Of a stretch of DNA of 64,000 nucleotides, positions 27,049 to 36,800 are shown piece by piece. Source of the stretch: a virus; IMG/VR virus record IMGVR_UViG_3300042888_000160, positions 1 to 64,000 of that record; one strand, written 5' to 3'. A program made the position numbers and the translations under genes. Below the pieces are notes generated by a model that was given only the letters and a program-made list of their open reading frames with translations, was not told where the DNA came from and ran no database searches. Numbering within the stretch: the stretch's first letter is position 1; the number at the start of each line of letters is the position of its first letter.

Positions 27049-27665
27049 TTAATTGTTGTGTTTAAACAAACGTTACCTGCAATGATCACTCGATCAAGCG
27101 TTGAGTTAGGACTTAGTTCTGGTCTATGGGGAAGTAACGAATCCCACATGTATAAACATCCCTCTTCAGGAAAGAACTTAAATACATTAGAATCATCTCT
27201 AGTATAATCATGAGCCTGTTTAAAGAATATCTTACCTTCATCACCTACACAGTTGTCAGGTGTTTGTATGTAGTATATCCAAGTGTATGATGTTGGTAAA
27301 CCAATATCCTTCTTTGAAAATATTACATGGTCATGATAAGCTGATATAGGATTACTAGCTGTAGATATGTATATCCAAGTTGCAGCAAGAGAACTATATA
27401 TTGTTTCTCTAGGGTATTCTTGTTTATATATATCAAGACTTGCATCACATGACTTCTTTTTGATTAATGTTAACTGATCACCAGTCATTAAATCACTAGA
27501 CATCTGTATACCAGGCAGCCCTGTACTCTCATCATTATACTCTCTGTCAAAAAATAGATAATTCTTATTAGTATATATCTCCTTCAACAAAGCCTCTTTA
27601 TCAATACCTTCTAGTTTTGTCTTGAAGATATTGATATTCCCATTACTTAGTTTTTCGTAGTTCAT
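27045..27665 (-). CDS. 2OG-Fe(II) oxygenase (HxH type)
   Basis: YHDH, YYIQTP, PEEG, LPH, RVIIAGN. Confidence 0.8.
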   Translation of the reverse strand: MNYEKLSNGNINIFKTKLEGIDKEALLKEIYTNKNYLFFDREYNDESTGLPGIQMSSDLMTGDQLTLIKKKSCDASLDIYKQEYPRETIYSSLAATWIYISTASNPISAYHDHVIFSKKDIGLPTSYTWIYYIQTPDNCVGDEGKIFFKQAHDYTRDDSNVFKFFPEEGCLYMWDSLLPHRPELSPNSTLDRVIIAGNVCLNTTIK

Positions 27666-29218
27666 TAATTCTCTCGAATGTATTTTACTAATGTACTATG
27701 ATGTGCTAATGTAGCCAAGTTGATATCCATATTGATATAAAATGATGGACTCACTTTACCAATTCTTTCACGTCTGATGTCACTCATCATTCCTGAATAG
27801 ACTTCAGAAGCTTTATCTTTCTTAATAATACGTAATCCTTTGCCTACAGACTGCCAACTAGCTACATCATAAACATTACTAATAGTTCTAATGAATCTAG
27901 AATCAGGAACTGTAAGCTCGCACTCATCTATAAACTGCTTAACCCTATCTGGTATCTTATTATTCTCTGTAAACTTAGACCAGAACTCTGTATCTTTGCG
28001 TTTAGTTACATAATGTAAGTATACAAAGTCAAAAGTATAATCGTGATACTCAGTAACTAGTTTGTTATATCTATCAATATAGAATTGATTCTGCAAAATG
28101 TTTCCTAGTGTATTAGGTAGGAATGTATTAAGAGCATAGATACTTGTCATGATAGACGTAGCCTCTAATGGTTCAATGAACCCAGCTGACAATCCAATAG
28201 CTATACAGTTCTTAACCCAAGGAGTTTCATAGCGTCCACCTTCAAATGTAAAAGATTTAGCACCAAACTCTACACCAATACCAAACTTCTCTAACACTTC
28301 TTCTCTTGCTTGCTCTTCTGTAATTTGTTTATCATCAAATACATATCCACAACCATAACGTCCTTCAACAGGAATAACCCAAGCCCAGCCATACTTCATA
28401 GCAATGGCTTCAGTTTGGGGTAAGATGTTTTCGTCATCGTGTTGTATGAAGAAAGGGATAGCCCTGTTTACAGGAAGAGAATCTTTATAAGATTTCCATG
28501 GAGCATTAAAGAACTCACCAATAATCTTACGTTTGAAACCTGTACAGTCGAATACAAAGTCTGCATCATATACATCTTTGTTAACTGTTTCTAATGATAT
28601 AATATTACCTGTTTCATCAGTTAATATTCTAGATACTTCGTCATCAATATATCTAACTCGTCTTGTTACAGCTACACGCTTTAAATACTTAGCAAGTAGT
28701 ACAGCATCAAAGTGTAATGATAATGTGCCTACGCCATCGTATTGTGTTAGTATTGACTTATGATTTCCAAGATTAGAGTTTGCTTTTAGTTTAACTAATC
28801 CACGTGAAGATGCTTGGGCACTAAACACACAGGTATCAAGATTATTAGCATTGATCATCTGATCTAATACAATAGCTGATATACCTGAATCATCAAAGTC
28901 TGTTATGTTAAAGCAGTTATGTGTAGTTCCATCATAGAATGGATGAAAGTAAGAACGATCATCCCCATTCCAGTTAGTGAATTTAATACCATTCTTAAAT
29001 GTACCTTTAGCATATTTAACAACGTCTCCTATAGGAATGTCTAGTTTAGTTAAGAACTCAACAAAGTGTGGAGTGGTTCCTTCACCTGCACCAATTATAC
29101 CTATGTCAGAACTTGCAATTACTGTAACACTTGCCCAAGGATAGTAGTGAGATAGAAATAGTGCAGTCAGCCAACCAGCAGTTCCTGATCCAACTACTGT
29201 GAATTTATAAGTTTTCAT
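27665..29218 (-). CDS. Tryptophan halogenase-family flavin-dependent halogenase
   Basis: GSGTAG, IGAGEGT, TFKNGIKF, FDCTGF, WAWVIP, FIEPLEATS. Confidence 0.9.
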   Translation of the reverse strand: MKTYKFTVVGSGTAGWLTALFLSHYYPWASVTVIASSDIGIIGAGEGTTPHFVEFLTKLDIPIGDVVKYAKGTFKNGIKFTNWNGDDRSYFHPFYDGTTHNCFNITDFDDSGISAIVLDQMINANNLDTCVFSAQASSRGLVKLKANSNLGNHKSILTQYDGVGTLSLHFDAVLLAKYLKRVAVTRRVRYIDDEVSRILTDETGNIISLETVNKDVYDADFVFDCTGFKRKIIGEFFNAPWKSYKDSLPVNRAIPFFIQHDDENILPQTEAIAMKYGWAWVIPVEGRYGCGYVFDDKQITEEQAREEVLEKFGIGVEFGAKSFTFEGGRYETPWVKNCIAIGLSAGFIEPLEATSIMTSIYALNTFLPNTLGNILQNQFYIDRYNKLVTEYHDYTFDFVYLHYVTKRKDTEFWSKFTENNKIPDRVKQFIDECELTVPDSRFIRTISNVYDVASWQSVGKGLRIIKKDKASEVYSGMMSDIRRERIGKVSPSFYINMDINLATLAHHSTLVKYIREN

Positions 29219-29244
29219 AACTTAGTTGATTTAATTAGTTCAAC

Positions 29245-29252
29245 CAAAGTTA
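29245..29252 (-). promoter_or_regulatory. -7 promoter element TAACTTTG for the halogenase/oxygenase operon
   Basis: TAnnTTTG 26 nt upstream of start 29218. Confidence 0.6.
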
Positions 29253-29268
29253 ACAAATAATTCTTGTA

Positions 29269-29724
29269 TTAATCTAATGCTACATCCATTATTTTTTCTA
29301 AGTATATTAGCTCCCAATTAACTATGTCTTCGTTCCAAACATAACGATGTTGTTTAACTAAGACTTTTCCAGGAACTCCTGTGTAAGCCATCTCTTCAGG
29401 TATAACAATAAGATCAGGAAATGGTACAGGTGCTTCCCAAGTATATGTTGTTTCATTCACCACCCAAGATGGGTATGGTTTCTTAATAAGAAATACATCT
29501 CTAACTGGATCATACTTACCACCTATACTAGCATAGTTACCTCTAAAAGGAGTTCCACCAACCAAGTGTTTATTATGTATAGTGTTATATGATGTTTTAA
29601 TCCATCTACCAGGAATCATACATACATTATTAATATAGTCTTCACCACAATCTTCGTAATCGTCGCTAATTTTCATAACGTCGATCACAGTGTTGTCATC
29701 ATCAAGTTGTGCGTAATGTGCCAT
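29269..29724 (-). CDS. Conserved phage protein associated with tail fibre genes; start reassigned to MAHYAQ
   Basis: MAHYAQL...WIKTSYN...FRGNYA.IG..YD...KPYPSW...WEAPVP; ATG 29724 lies 2 nt from the upstream stop. Confidence 0.75.
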   Translation of the reverse strand: MAHYAQLDDDNTVIDVMKISDDYEDCGEDYINNVCMIPGRWIKTSYNTIHNKHLVGGTPFRGNYASIGGKYDPVRDVFLIKKPYPSWVVNETTYTWEAPVPFPDLIVIPEEMAYTGVPGKVLVKQHRYVWNEDIVNWELIYLEKIMDVALD

Positions 29725-29726
29725 AA

Positions 29727-30674
29727 TTAACAATAAGTATACATAGATGTACCACCATAATATATATGATAGGTAAGACTTCCCCAATAGTTTCCATCAG
29801 TTCCTCTAGAACCACCAGGATATTGGATCTGAACTCTACCACTTCCACCAGATCCTGCATTCTGTGAATTGTTAGGTCGATTACCACAACCTCCACCACC
29901 TCCACCAGTTCCTCCAGCTTTGTTAGTAGCATTACAGTTACCACCACCACCAGCACCATCAGTTCTTGTAGGTGTTCCACCATTAGCATTACCAGCCCAA
30001 GAGCATTGGTTATTCTCACCAGCTGATCCTCCTCCTCCACCACCTTCAGTAGTTTCGTTTACTTCAACATGAAATTCACCATCTCCACCCCAACCATTAG
30101 CATACTCACCATGAGATCCAGCTGATCCTCCTCCTCCTCCTCCACCTCCACGAACATTACCACCACCAGGTCCACCAGGATATCCATTACCCCAAGATGA
30201 ACCACCATCTGACCAACGCATTCCTCCTCCACCAGCACCTCCACCTCCCCAACCTCCATTACCAGCAGACCAATCAGAACCACTTCCTCCACCACCTCCT
30301 GCATAACACTCTTGGCCATTGAAAGCTGAATATCCACCATAGCTACCTTGAGCTCCTGGTTGTCCAGCTCCTCCACCTCCTACAGATACAGGATAAGTTT
30401 GATTCTTATATAAAGTCATGTAACCACTAGAAGAAGCACCTGCTCCTCCTCCCCCTCCTCCACCAAAGTTACCTCCTCCACCTCCACCACCACCAGCTCT
30501 TACCATCCATGCTACACTAAAACCAAATGTGTAGCCATAGAATTCACTCATAGCATCTGGAGCAGTCTTACACGCTGTTCTACTTAATGAGCCTAATTGA
30601 TAGTTACCATTTATTGGGGCTAACTCATTACGTATGATTGACATACTTAATTGACCTGAACTTGGGATTGTCAT
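29727..30674 (-). CDS. Glycine-rich tail fibre tip/adhesin-like protein
   Basis: MTIPSSGQLSMSIIRNEL N-terminus, many GGGGG runs, GSGGSG.V.I.Y end. Confidence 0.75.
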   Translation of the reverse strand: MTIPSSGQLSMSIIRNELAPINGNYQLGSLSRTACKTAPDAMSEFYGYTFGFSVAWMVRAGGGGGGGGNFGGGGGGGAGASSSGYMTLYKNQTYPVSVGGGGAGQPGAQGSYGGYSAFNGQECYAGGGGGSGSDWSAGNGGWGGGGAGGGGMRWSDGGSSWGNGYPGGPGGGNVRGGGGGGGGSAGSHGEYANGWGGDGEFHVEVNETTEGGGGGGSAGENNQCSWAGNANGGTPTRTDGAGGGGNCNATNKAGGTGGGGGGCGNRPNNSQNAGSGGSGRVQIQYPGGSRGTDGNYWGSLTYHIYYGGTSMYTYC

Positions 30675-30676
30675 AA

Positions 30677-33673
30677 TTATCTACGTTTTAATTCTTCGAT
30701 TTGTTTCTGTTGCTCTTGAGCTACAGCTACCAACAAAGTTACTAATTTTGCGTAATTAACAGTGATATAATTTTCACCTGATAAAGATTCTCCTGTTTCT
30801 TTATTAACATCGAATGGAGCTAAACTTACAGTCTCAGGCATTATAGATCTTATTTGTTGTGCTGATAAACCAACTTGCATCTTATCATCTGTATATCCAA
30901 ATTGTTTAGCTAACTCATTGGCTTGATAATAGAAAGCATCAAGTTTCATTACTTTATCAATAGCATTCTCAATAGGTCCAACACGATCTTTTAAACGATC
31001 ATCAGAATAGAAAGCATACACTTCACCAGTAGCATAAACAGTACCAAATGTAGGATTACTGTTTGTATTAACATATTGGTTCATTGCAGATGCATATACG
31101 TTAGATGTACCTGTTGGACCAGTTGGGCCTGTAGGTCCTGTAGGACCAGTACCACCATTAGCACCTGATGTACCAGCTGTTCTAGTTAAACCACTAGAGC
31201 CTGAAGTACCAGAAGATCCAACAGCACCTGCTGCACCAGTAGCACCTGATGTTCCAGAGCTTCCAGAAGCACCAGTTTCACCTGATGATGCACTTGTACC
31301 AGAAGATGCACTACTACCACTTGTACCACTAGATCCACTTGTGCCACTAGTCCCACTGCTACCACTAGTTCCACTAGTTCCACTAGCACCTGTATCACCA
31401 GATGTGCCTGATGAACCACTTGTACCAGCAGTAGCGTCTTGTCCTGAAGTTCCAGCTGTTGCATCCTGTCCTGACGTACCTGCTGTAGCATTTACACCAG
31501 ACGTTCCAGATGTTCCTGAAGGAGCATTGAATGTAGTCTGTGTGTATGAATAATTACTTACTCCTTCTGTATAGAATGTAGCATCTATTGAGCCAACACC
31601 TGGATGAGCTGCATAAATTTGACAATACAATCTATCTGTTGCATCTAATGTAGTTTGAGGTAAAAATAAATCAGTAAAGAATTCTTTTATGATACCAGTA
31701 GATAATACTTCTGTATCAAGATTTGTAGTACCTAATAGAGTAGATGTTCCTCCTGTTGTATACTTATATAATTCAACATCAACTGCCAACGTTTCGTTAG
31801 TATCAATACTGATGTGTGTAACAAATGAAAATAATCCTGAAGGAATATTTGTAATGTTTGGAACTCCTGAATCAGTAGCAAACGTTGCAATTAATTGTCT
31901 TGTAGCTGATGGAACAGCTACTGTTACTGATTGCTCAGCACCATTAACTGCACTAGGAGATAGTTCTTTATATGTAGGAGTACCAAATGCTGAGTCAGTA
32001 TTATTTGATAAGTTCATATAATAAACTTGACCACCAGAGATACCTGATGCACCACTTGATCCTGAAGTACCAGCTGTAGCTGAAGTGCCTGAAGTGCCTG
32101 ATGTACCAGAGGAACCAGACGTTCCTGCTGTTGCATCTATACCACTAGTACCACTCGAACCATCAGTTCCTGTTGTACCTGCTGTACCAGAACTACCTGA
32201 TGTGCCTGAGCTACCATCTGTTCCTGTAGTTCCTGATGTACCATTTGTTCCTGCTGTCCCTGAAGAGCCAGATGTTCCTGAACTTCCACTTGTACCTGCT
32301 GTTGCACTTGTACCTGAAGACCCATCTGTACCTGTGGTACCTGACGTGCCTGAAGATCCATCTGTTCCAGAAGAACCATTGGTTCCACTAGATCCACTTG
32401 ATGCTGACGTTCCATTAGAACCATCAGTTCCTGATGTTCCACTTTCTCCAGAACTAGCTGAAGATCCATTAGTACCATTGGTACCAGAACTTCCACTTGT
32501 TCCTGCAGTTCCACTTGATCCATCTGTACCTGATGTTGCATCACGTCCTGAAGTTCCAGCAGTAGCATCTCTACCAGATGTTCCTGATGTACCCATTGTA
32601 CCATCAGCTGCACTTGTTCCAGATGAACCATCTGTTCCAGATGTACCTGCAGTACCACTAGAGCCATCTGTACCTGCAGTAGCAGATGTACCACTAGATC
32701 CTGAACTTGCTGATGTACCAGACGATCCATCTGTAGCACTAGTTCCTGAGGTTGCAGAAGTTCCATTAGAACCATCTGTACCTGAAGATCCATCAGTAGC
32801 TGATGTACCAGAGCTTGCACTTGTACCACTTGTTGCTGATGTTCCATTAGTTCCAGCAGTTCCACTTGAACCACTAGTTCCAGACGATCCATCACCACCA
32901 GCTGTTCCTTGTAAGTTTACAGCCCAAACATCATATGTTCCAGATCCTTCAACTTGACTAGGAAGATTAAATACTAATGTACCATTAACTGGATTGTAAC
33001 TAATTACTTGAGCAACTTGATAGTTTTCATAATCATATGTTATAACAATTGATTGCCCTTCTGTATAAGATAGATTAACATCTACAATTAATGTACCACC
33101 ATCACCTAAAGTTAACTCACTTGTAGAAGATGTTCTATATCTATCTCCAGACTGACCTGAGCTTCCAGAAGAAGCAGAAGTTCCTGAGCTACCTGAGCTT
33201 GCTGAAGTACCTGAAGTCGCACTTGTTCCTGAGGATCCAGAAGAACCTCTTGTACCATTACGTCCACTAGATCCACTTGTTCCACTAGAGCCAGAGGTAC
33301 CTGAAGTACCATCTCTACCTGACGTTCCTGTGTTACCACTAGATCCACTACTTCCATCTGTTCCTGAACGACCACTTGATCCAGAAGTTCCAGCAGTTCC
33401 ATTACGTCCACTAGTACCTGAAGTACCACGTGTACCAGCAATACCTCGCTCACCACTAGATCCAGAAGATCCAGAAGACCCACTAGTACCTGCTGTACCA
33501 GACGTACCTGTTCCACCTAGGGCTTGACAGACCTTCTGATCTAACTTCTGTATTACAGTTTGTAGATTATCATTAGTATTAATGCCACTACATACTAGAT
33601 TAGCTCCTTCGTAAAATACGCATTGAGCATCTAATATAACAGGGCATTCGCCAGTTGAACAGATTACGTCCAT
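30677..33673 (-). CDS. Long tail fibre with Gly-Thr/Ser-Ser triplet repeats and C-terminal S74 intramolecular chaperone
   Basis: Three G-x-y repeat blocks between globular domains, GPTGPTGPTGPT, YSDDRLKD, VGLSAQ, VNYAKL. Confidence 0.88.
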   Translation of the reverse strand: MDVICSTGECPVILDAQCVFYEGANLVCSGINTNDNLQTVIQKLDQKVCQALGGTGTSGTAGTSGSSGSSGSSGERGIAGTRGTSGTSGRNGTAGTSGSSGRSGTDGSSGSSGNTGTSGRDGTSGTSGSSGTSGSSGRNGTRGSSGSSGTSATSGTSASSGSSGTSASSGSSGQSGDRYRTSSTSELTLGDGGTLIVDVNLSYTEGQSIVITYDYENYQVAQVISYNPVNGTLVFNLPSQVEGSGTYDVWAVNLQGTAGGDGSSGTSGSSGTAGTNGTSATSGTSASSGTSATDGSSGTDGSNGTSATSGTSATDGSSGTSASSGSSGTSATAGTDGSSGTAGTSGTDGSSGTSAADGTMGTSGTSGRDATAGTSGRDATSGTDGSSGTAGTSGSSGTNGTNGSSASSGESGTSGTDGSNGTSASSGSSGTNGSSGTDGSSGTSGTTGTDGSSGTSATAGTSGSSGTSGSSGTAGTNGTSGTTGTDGSSGTSGSSGTAGTTGTDGSSGTSGIDATAGTSGSSGTSGTSGTSATAGTSGSSGASGISGGQVYYMNLSNNTDSAFGTPTYKELSPSAVNGAEQSVTVAVPSATRQLIATFATDSGVPNITNIPSGLFSFVTHISIDTNETLAVDVELYKYTTGGTSTLLGTTNLDTEVLSTGIIKEFFTDLFLPQTTLDATDRLYCQIYAAHPGVGSIDATFYTEGVSNYSYTQTTFNAPSGTSGTSGVNATAGTSGQDATAGTSGQDATAGTSGSSGTSGDTGASGTSGTSGSSGTSGTSGSSGTSGSSASSGTSASSGETGASGSSGTSGATGAAGAVGSSGTSGSSGLTRTAGTSGANGGTGPTGPTGPTGPTGTSNVYASAMNQYVNTNSNPTFGTVYATGEVYAFYSDDRLKDRVGPIENAIDKVMKLDAFYYQANELAKQFGYTDDKMQVGLSAQQIRSIMPETVSLAPFDVNKETGESLSGENYITVNYAKLVTLLVAVAQEQQKQIEELKRR
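32040..32900 (-). repeat. Degenerate 9-bp-period Gly-Thr-Ser repeat block in the tail fibre
   Basis: GGN-ACN-(TCN/AGT) periodicity; similar blocks at about 13095-13545, 31110-31520 and 33150-33515. Confidence 0.9.
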
Positions 33674-33700
33674 AATATGATATTGTTATAAATGTCTATA

Positions 33701-33744
33701 GCTAGTACAAGGTTAAAGAGTATAACCTCATACTAGCAAAAATA
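33701..33744 (-). promoter_or_regulatory. TATTTTTG -7 element abutting a 15-bp hairpin upstream of the tail fibre gene
   Basis: Arms 33701-33715 and 33723-33737; the two mismatches are G-U pairs on - strand RNA. Confidence 0.45.
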
Positions 33745-33808
33745 GTTAAATAATTTTAGTTGTTGTATGTAGTGATAAAACTATACTACATAATATAGCA
33801 ATAGGATC

Positions 33809-36800
33809 TTATCTTCCCTGACGTGCTTGTGATGTGGTAATAATACCTAACTCTTTAGCCAAATCAGGATATAGTAATGGTATGATATCTCTTTCAACCT
33901 GAGACAAACCAACTACAGGATCAAACACATATTTAAGAGTGTAGTTCTTATCCATAAGCTCTTGATCATCAGCTGCCCAAGCATATCCTTCTACACCTAC
34001 AGCATTGATAAGTTTAAGAGCTTTCGTTAATAATCCTAGTTGTGGAAGTAAACTACCATTAGTTACTTGCTCAAATGACAATGGATTATAATAGAAGCTA
34101 ACCTCATCAGATGTTTTGTTAACCAACTTAAGGAAATACTTATATCTATTCTTAGTCAATTGATCTTCATCATCATCAGGAGCCAATACAGCTGCTGTTA
34201 GAGCTAACGACATTACAGATAATAACAAGCCAAGTTCTTTCATTTGATTTGAAAGTTCTTTTCTCATCATATCATAGAACTCTTCCTTAGTTATTTCAAG
34301 TTCCTTACCAGTCTTTCTAAAGTATTCTTGCTTCTTAGCAATCAACATCTCATCTAGAATACGAAGACCTTCATCACTACCTGTTATGATGTCACGCATC
34401 TTTGTGATAGTGCTTTTACCTAGATGACTCCACACTTTAAGGAATGCACGAGATCTACCATACTCCCAGTTACCTGTTGTAGCATTCTTACGTAAACCTA
34501 ATGTACGTACACCAATCTGTTTAGGAATCCATTTTCTAAACATCATGAACGAGTTAAGGATAGTATCACGAGAAGCTGCAGATCTATCATCATCGCTCAT
34601 CTTACCATTGATCTTTCTCATGTGATCTTGGATTCTAACACGATAGTCAGCAAGTTCTTCTTTACTTACACCAGGAAGAGTAACCTTACCATTCTCTCCA
34701 AAATCAGCAACCTTGTATAATGACGATGTTTCTTTTAATTCAGCAACCCTTGCATCATAAGTTTTCTCAAGTTCTTTTCTTTCAGACTCAGTCATCTTAT
34801 ATTTAACTAGTCTATCTTGAGCAGCTACATACTGTGGAATAGAAACAATCTTTCCATCAACAATCATTGAGTTTTGATTGAAAGACATTGCATTTGCATA
34901 TTCCAATTGTCTATCAGGCCATGAACTCATTGCCATCATCACATCTTGAAATGTCCAAGTACCTATAGTTTTAACTATACCCTGCTCTTTTGCAAGCGTC
35001 CTTTGCATTTCTTTTGCAATGTCTTCTTGCAATGGCATTATTAAATTAAGGAGTGCCTTATCTTCATTACTTGCAAATCCTGTAGTTATCTTAAAGCTAT
35101 TCTTTTTAAACTCTCCAGGATAATATACACCACTAGCATTAATGTATGCTTGCATATTATTACCCATGTAGTTAGGAATAGCTACAGTAGCTCTCCAACC
35201 TAAAACAAGAGTTTGCATATAACTAGCAGAGTTCTTTATTACTTTTCTACTAGAAGCTTTTCTTTTCTCCTTAGTCTCATTATCATCTGTAAGTTTATCT
35301 GTTACACCATTCAATAGAATGTTTCCTAATGAGCTTTCATCTTCTCTAATACCATACGTATGATCATCAACAATAGCTCCTAACGCAGTAGCATTTGTAG
35401 TTTTTTCGTAATTGATTTTAGGTTGTCCACCTTCCATGACAACACTCTTATTAACAGGATCAATCTCTACAACACCTCTAGTTTTTTCAAATGAATGAAT
35501 AACGTTTAATGTATTCTCAAGATTCTTTGTAGCTCTATAATTCAATACAGCTTTAATCCACTCTGGACCAACCTTAGTTAAGTCTCTAGATAATCTATGT
35601 ATTGCTTTATTTGATCTAGTGAATCGTTTAGGAATCTCTCTCTTAACCTGACCATTTTCATCTAGTCTAGAATACTGCAAGTTCTCATCTACATCTACAG
35701 TGTATAAATCATCAAAGAATTCTTTACCTTCTGCTAAAACATTGTTAGATTGTGCAACCTTATCTATTGTTGTAGCTTCCATCAATGGGAAGAATGACAA
35801 TGACTTCATGATATATCCTGCATCTTTAGCCTCATCATTGAGAGCTTGGAAAAATTTCCACATCTTTATTGCAGATGGTGTCTTGGACATCTCTAAGAAA
35901 TCTTTAGAGTAATGACCTTCTTCTTTTACGTTCTCATTAAAGAAACGACCAAAGTCATAGTCTTCAAAACCATTGAATGTAGGTCTAGTAATATCTAGAG
36001 AGTCTCTAATCTTAGTCTTTCTATATGCTCTAATGTTTTCGTTCTCTTCAGGATCTGTAGAGTATTGTGTAAGATCAGCATCTTTAAGTTGCTTCTCTAT
36101 AAGTTTATTAGCAGACTCCATGTATGATTCAACATCCATGTTGTCTTTTAAGAATTGAAGATCGCCCTTTTCTTTAGCTTCGTAAACCTTTTTAATAAAA
36201 TCCTTATCTAGTTTCTCAATTAGTTGTAGATCATTCTCAGTAACTTTACCAATCATATCAAAAGGTGACTTACCTGCAGCATCTGCATCCTTAATCAACT
36301 CAGTAAGTATCTCACCATATTGACGTGTTAAGTCTGCAGCATCTTGAGCAACAACACTCTTTGATCGTTTAATTAACTTTGTAGCAAGTTGAATAGTTGT
36401 TGATGATAGATCACTTCCTTCTAAGAATGTTCTAGTCAATCTTTCAAGTTCTAAGTCAGGAGCTAATACATTCTTGACAGTATCTTCTGTAGCAAAACCT
36501 TCCTTAATAAATAACCAAGAAACATACTCTTTCTCAAGCTCTGCAATTCTAGTTTGCATACGCTTAGCCATACTTGCAATGTGTTCTAATGATTGCAATA
36601 GATCTTTAGACTCTTGAGTCATACCAGATCTATTTGGATACATACTAATGAATATAGAATCTAGTGACTTGAATGCATCAGAACCCTTCTTGAACTGTTG
36701 TAAGTTACCAAGCAATCCCTCAATCTGCTCTTGATTCATTAAGTCATAGTTGATATCTTCAAACGACTTAAATGATTCAGCAGCATTCATTAAAAATGTA

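Noticed and set aside
29725-29787. N-terminal extension of ORF 29269..29787
   Set aside because: Overlaps the upstream gene; the conserved-looking sequence begins at MAHYAQ (29724).
32137-32898. Same-strand alternative-frame ORFs rich in V/Q/L/M (also 10608, 29702, 30059, 31186, 33112)
   Set aside because: Frame-shifted readings of low-complexity repeats with no independent coding signal.
32085-32957. Long + strand Val/Pro-rich ORF and similar ones (13231..13677, 31341..31553, 33330..33527, 12366..12578, 61234..61482)
   Set aside because: Antisense shadows of Gly/Thr/Ser repeat codons, which rarely give stops on the opposite strand.
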